Below the pieces are notes generated by a model. It was not told the DNA's origin. It ran no database searches and was given only the letters and a program-made list of their open reading frames with translations. DNA of 26,763 bases from a virus (taxonomy: Duplodnaviria > Caudoviricetes), in the IMG/VR virus record IMGVR_UViG_3300032328_000237, positions 1-26,763 of that record. The stretch is one strand, 5' to 3'. Of this stretch, positions 24,545 to 26,763 are shown in pieces. Positions within the stretch are counted from its first letter, which is position 1. Each line of letters begins with the position of its first letter. Both the position numbers and the translations under genes were made by a program.

Positions 24545-24720
24545 TAACATCTCCCGTCTATGTCTTCGTTGTCTCTTTTGTTTTGCTCTTCTAAATAATT
24601 TATGTAGTTAGCCACAACTCGTATCATCATGGTTAATCGTTTGCTTTCGTCTGAGGGTATACGCTCTGATAATCTACCTATATTAAAAAAGGCTTCTTGG
24701 CACTCTGTTTTTAAACTCAT
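24544..24720 (-). CDS. 58-aa hypothetical protein (not in ORF track)
   Basis: MSLKTECQEAFFNIGRLSERIPSDESKRLTMMIRVVANYINYLEEQNKRDNEDIDGRC*; AGGAG RBS, ATGA overlap upstream and TAGTG overlap with the polymerase start. Confidence 0.75.
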   Translation of the reverse strand: MSLKTECQEAFFNIGRLSERIPSDESKRLTMMIRVVANYINYLEEQNKRDNEDIDGRC

Positions 24721-24947
24721 TCATTTTCTCCTAACGCTCGTAGCTTACGTTTTAATCGTTGATTCTCAGCTTGCACGGTTTGCAACTGCTCATTTATTAA
24801 ATGCAACTGATCCCGTAACATCTGTTCTGTGTCTTCTTTATCTTGTGTGTTGACGTACCCTGCAAATGGAATCGGCTCAACTAAAACTTCTACATCTTTT
24901 GATACTATTTTGTTTTCTACGTAATCTTTCAATGTAAACGTTGTCAT
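24717..24947 (-). CDS. small protein with C-terminal coiled coil
   Basis: AAGGAG RBS, ATGA overlaps, heptad-like LQTVQAENQRLKRKL. Confidence 0.7.
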   Translation of the reverse strand: MTTFTLKDYVENKIVSKDVEVLVEPIPFAGYVNTQDKEDTEQMLRDQLHLINEQLQTVQAENQRLKRKLRALGENE

Positions 24948-25153
24948 ACTTTCTCCTTAGATTTGTAAAGTCTTCTACTTGCATTGACTAAACATGTGCC
25001 ACATTTCCACCGTCTAATCTTACCTTCTAACATCTTACCCAAAGTCGCAGGTTGCATACTTTGACAACTTGAACAAAATTTCTTACCCGTTAAACTAAGT
25101 TCAGCTTTACGAATACGTTTTGTAACTTCATTCATCTCAATTTTTTCGGACAT
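24944..25153 (-). CDS. small basic zinc-ribbon protein
   Basis: KFCSSC...RWKCGTC; start uncertain (25153 or 25135). Confidence 0.7.
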   Translation of the reverse strand: MSEKIEMNEVTKRIRKAELSLTGKKFCSSCQSMQPATLGKMLEGKIRRWKCGTCLVNASRRLYKSKEKV

Positions 25154-25334
25154 ATCTTTTCTTTTTAATTGCAACAATACCATCTTCTTCTATTTCATCT
25201 TCCATCATAGCTTTAGCCATAGCTTTAGCCTTAGATGGTATTTCTTCAGGACTATAATCCCCATTCATTAAATAACCAATCATGGCAAACCCTGCATAAA
25301 TTGCTTCAAGATGTTCCTTATCTTGCTCAGTCAT
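25137..25334 (-). CDS. small hypothetical protein
   Basis: GGGAG RBS, ATGA overlap; YAGFAMIG...AKAMAKAMM helical pattern. Confidence 0.7.
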   Translation of the reverse strand: MTEQDKEHLEAIYAGFAMIGYLMNGDYSPEEIPSKAKAMAKAMMEDEIEEDGIVAIKKKRYVRKN

Positions 25335-26053
25335 TTAGCACTCCCATGTGTGGCTAAGTTGTTCTGTCCTAGCTGTTGTATTTTGTAGCCGTGACCTTCT
25401 AGGTATTCAAGCAATGCTTTACGTTTAGGTTCAAACCATGGCTTCCATGTCCATGCTTCAAAGATAATTGGTGGGTAGTTGTTTGCCTTGATGGTTTTGA
25501 TGCCACCCTTAATTACTTCTAGTTCATGACCTTCTACGTCAATTTTAATTAAGCGTACGTTTTTGTGTGCGCCTGAGTCCAAGGTAAATACTACTAATGG
25601 TTCTTTGACACCCTCGGTTTTACACTCGTAATCATTATCACGAACTTCTTTGTCCATACTAAACGCACCAATGTTGCCTTCATTAGCGTAGTCAGGCATG
25701 GTAAGTACCATCCGTTCTTCTTTATCAGACAACCCAAAGTTATGGCAATGGATATTATCTAGCCCGTTAATAAACGTATTGGCACATAGTTGGTAATGTA
25801 TTATCCGTTGTGGCTCAAAGGCATGATATGTATGCTTTGATGCTTTTTTAGCAAGGGGTATACAAAACGTACCTAGGTTTGCACCAATGTCTAGCACCAC
25901 TCCTTCAGGTGCATCCATTAATAACTTAAGGCTTAGTTGATGTATATCGTTCTCGTACAGTTCTTGTTTTAAATGGGTTGATATTAAGTCTTGCCCTTTG
26001 AACACAAGGAACTGTGTGCCGTCTACTTTTACTAGTTCGCAATTAGGTAACAT
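25331..26053 (-). CDS. FkbM-family SAM-dependent methyltransferase
   Basis: VLDIGANLG, AFEP, LIKIDVEGHELEVIKG and PIIFE motifs. Confidence 0.92.
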   Translation of the reverse strand: MLPNCELVKVDGTQFLVFKGQDLISTHLKQELYENDIHQLSLKLLMDAPEGVVLDIGANLGTFCIPLAKKASKHTYHAFEPQRIIHYQLCANTFINGLDNIHCHNFGLSDKEERMVLTMPDYANEGNIGAFSMDKEVRDNDYECKTEGVKEPLVVFTLDSGAHKNVRLIKIDVEGHELEVIKGGIKTIKANNYPPIIFEAWTWKPWFEPKRKALLEYLEGHGYKIQQLGQNNLATHGSAK

Positions 26054-26054
26054 C

Positions 26055-26762
26055 TTAACCCCTTGGTAGTTGACCGCTAAAGTTGTAAGTCCCGCTATGG
26101 GTTAGATTCGCCCAAGGTGCGGCATAGACTTTGAAGCCAGCTTTGCGAGCAATCTTACAGAAGTGGTAGTCTTCTGAGAGCAATCGGTTAGACTCTTCAT
26201 CAATGCTGGTATCAAAGAACTCGTGAATAATCTTTTTCTGTGGGTTCTTATCAACAATTAAGATCATGTCGTTGGTGTAAGTTGGCACTAATGGTTTTAA
26301 AGTATCAAAAACATTACGCTTAATCAGCATAAACCCTGTACCGCCGTTATCAATCTCCATGGGTTCGTTAATGTTGCCTACTGTTTCGTGTACACCGCCT
26401 ACTAAGTTAACCACAAACGATCCTGTGTAATTACCCAAGTCTTTGTAGTCCACACCCTTCTTAACCGCATCCGATACTAACTGCCAGTTAATCTCTTTCT
26501 TTGGGTACAATCCACAGATAATATCTTTGTCAGCATCAATCATACGCACAATGTCTTTTGGGTCAAAACTAATGTCCGCATCAATAAACATTAAGTGCGT
26601 AGCATCTGACTGCATAAAGTCATAAGCCATGCCGTTACGGGCACGGGTAATCAAAGACTCATTCATCATATATGAGTAATACATCTGAATACCTCGTGGC
26701 GAGAACGTCTGTACAGTATTCAGAATACCCATGGTGTAACCGCCTACACATAGCCCACCGTA
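26055..26762 (-). CDS. GT-A fold glycosyltransferase-like protein (5' partial)
   Basis: Frame is open to the window edge (YGGLCVGGYTM...); SLITRARN, FIDADI (DxD), GTGFMLIKR, SEDYHFC and H.G motifs. Confidence 0.8.
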   Translation of the reverse strand, partial: YGGLCVGGYTMGILNTVQTFSPRGIQMYYSYMMNESLITRARNGMAYDFMQSDATHLMFIDADISFDPKDIVRMIDADKDIICGLYPKKEINWQLVSDAVKKGVDYKDLGNYTGSFVVNLVGGVHETVGNINEPMEIDNGGTGFMLIKRNVFDTLKPLVPTYTNDMILIVDKNPQKKIIHEFFDTSIDEESNRLLSEDYHFCKIARKAGFKVYAAPWANLTHSGTYNFSGQLPRG

Positions 26763-26763
26763 C

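Noticed and set aside
16173-24853. + strand ORFs within the replication arm
   Set aside because: Antisense shadows of motif-bearing genes.

Overview
This window is an internal fragment of a tailed dsDNA bacteriophage, podovirus-like by gene order; a proteobacterial host is an inference. It has two convergent arms. The + strand late arm (1-15148) carries a tail-fibre C-terminus, Zn-finger protein, membrane protein, GTA-type holin, M15 endolysin, tail nozzle, C1q-like tail protein, three putative ejection proteins (the last a 2079-aa polyvalent protein with HExxH and PLxRFG-like motifs) and a GNAT-like protein. The - strand replication arm (15238-26763) carries a GT-A glycosyltransferase, FkbM methyltransferase, small ORFs, PolA, Cas4-like exonuclease, HNH-like protein, SNF2 helicase, Xis-like HTH, SSB and an AEP primase-helicase. 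The most interesting signals lie outside the main gene calls. (1) A ~76-nt three-hairpin candidate small RNA sits at the convergence point, with segments complementary to ribosome-binding sites of the replication operon (one 13/13 perfect). (2) A structured loop-E leader precedes the primase-helicase. (3) A perfect 16-bp chromosomal parS palindrome is embedded in the primase gene. (4) A nested +1-frame gene with its own strong RBS lies inside the giant virion gene. (5) Ten repeated hydrophobic-x-x-GG motifs occur across two virion proteins. All product calls come from motif recognition only; no searches were run.
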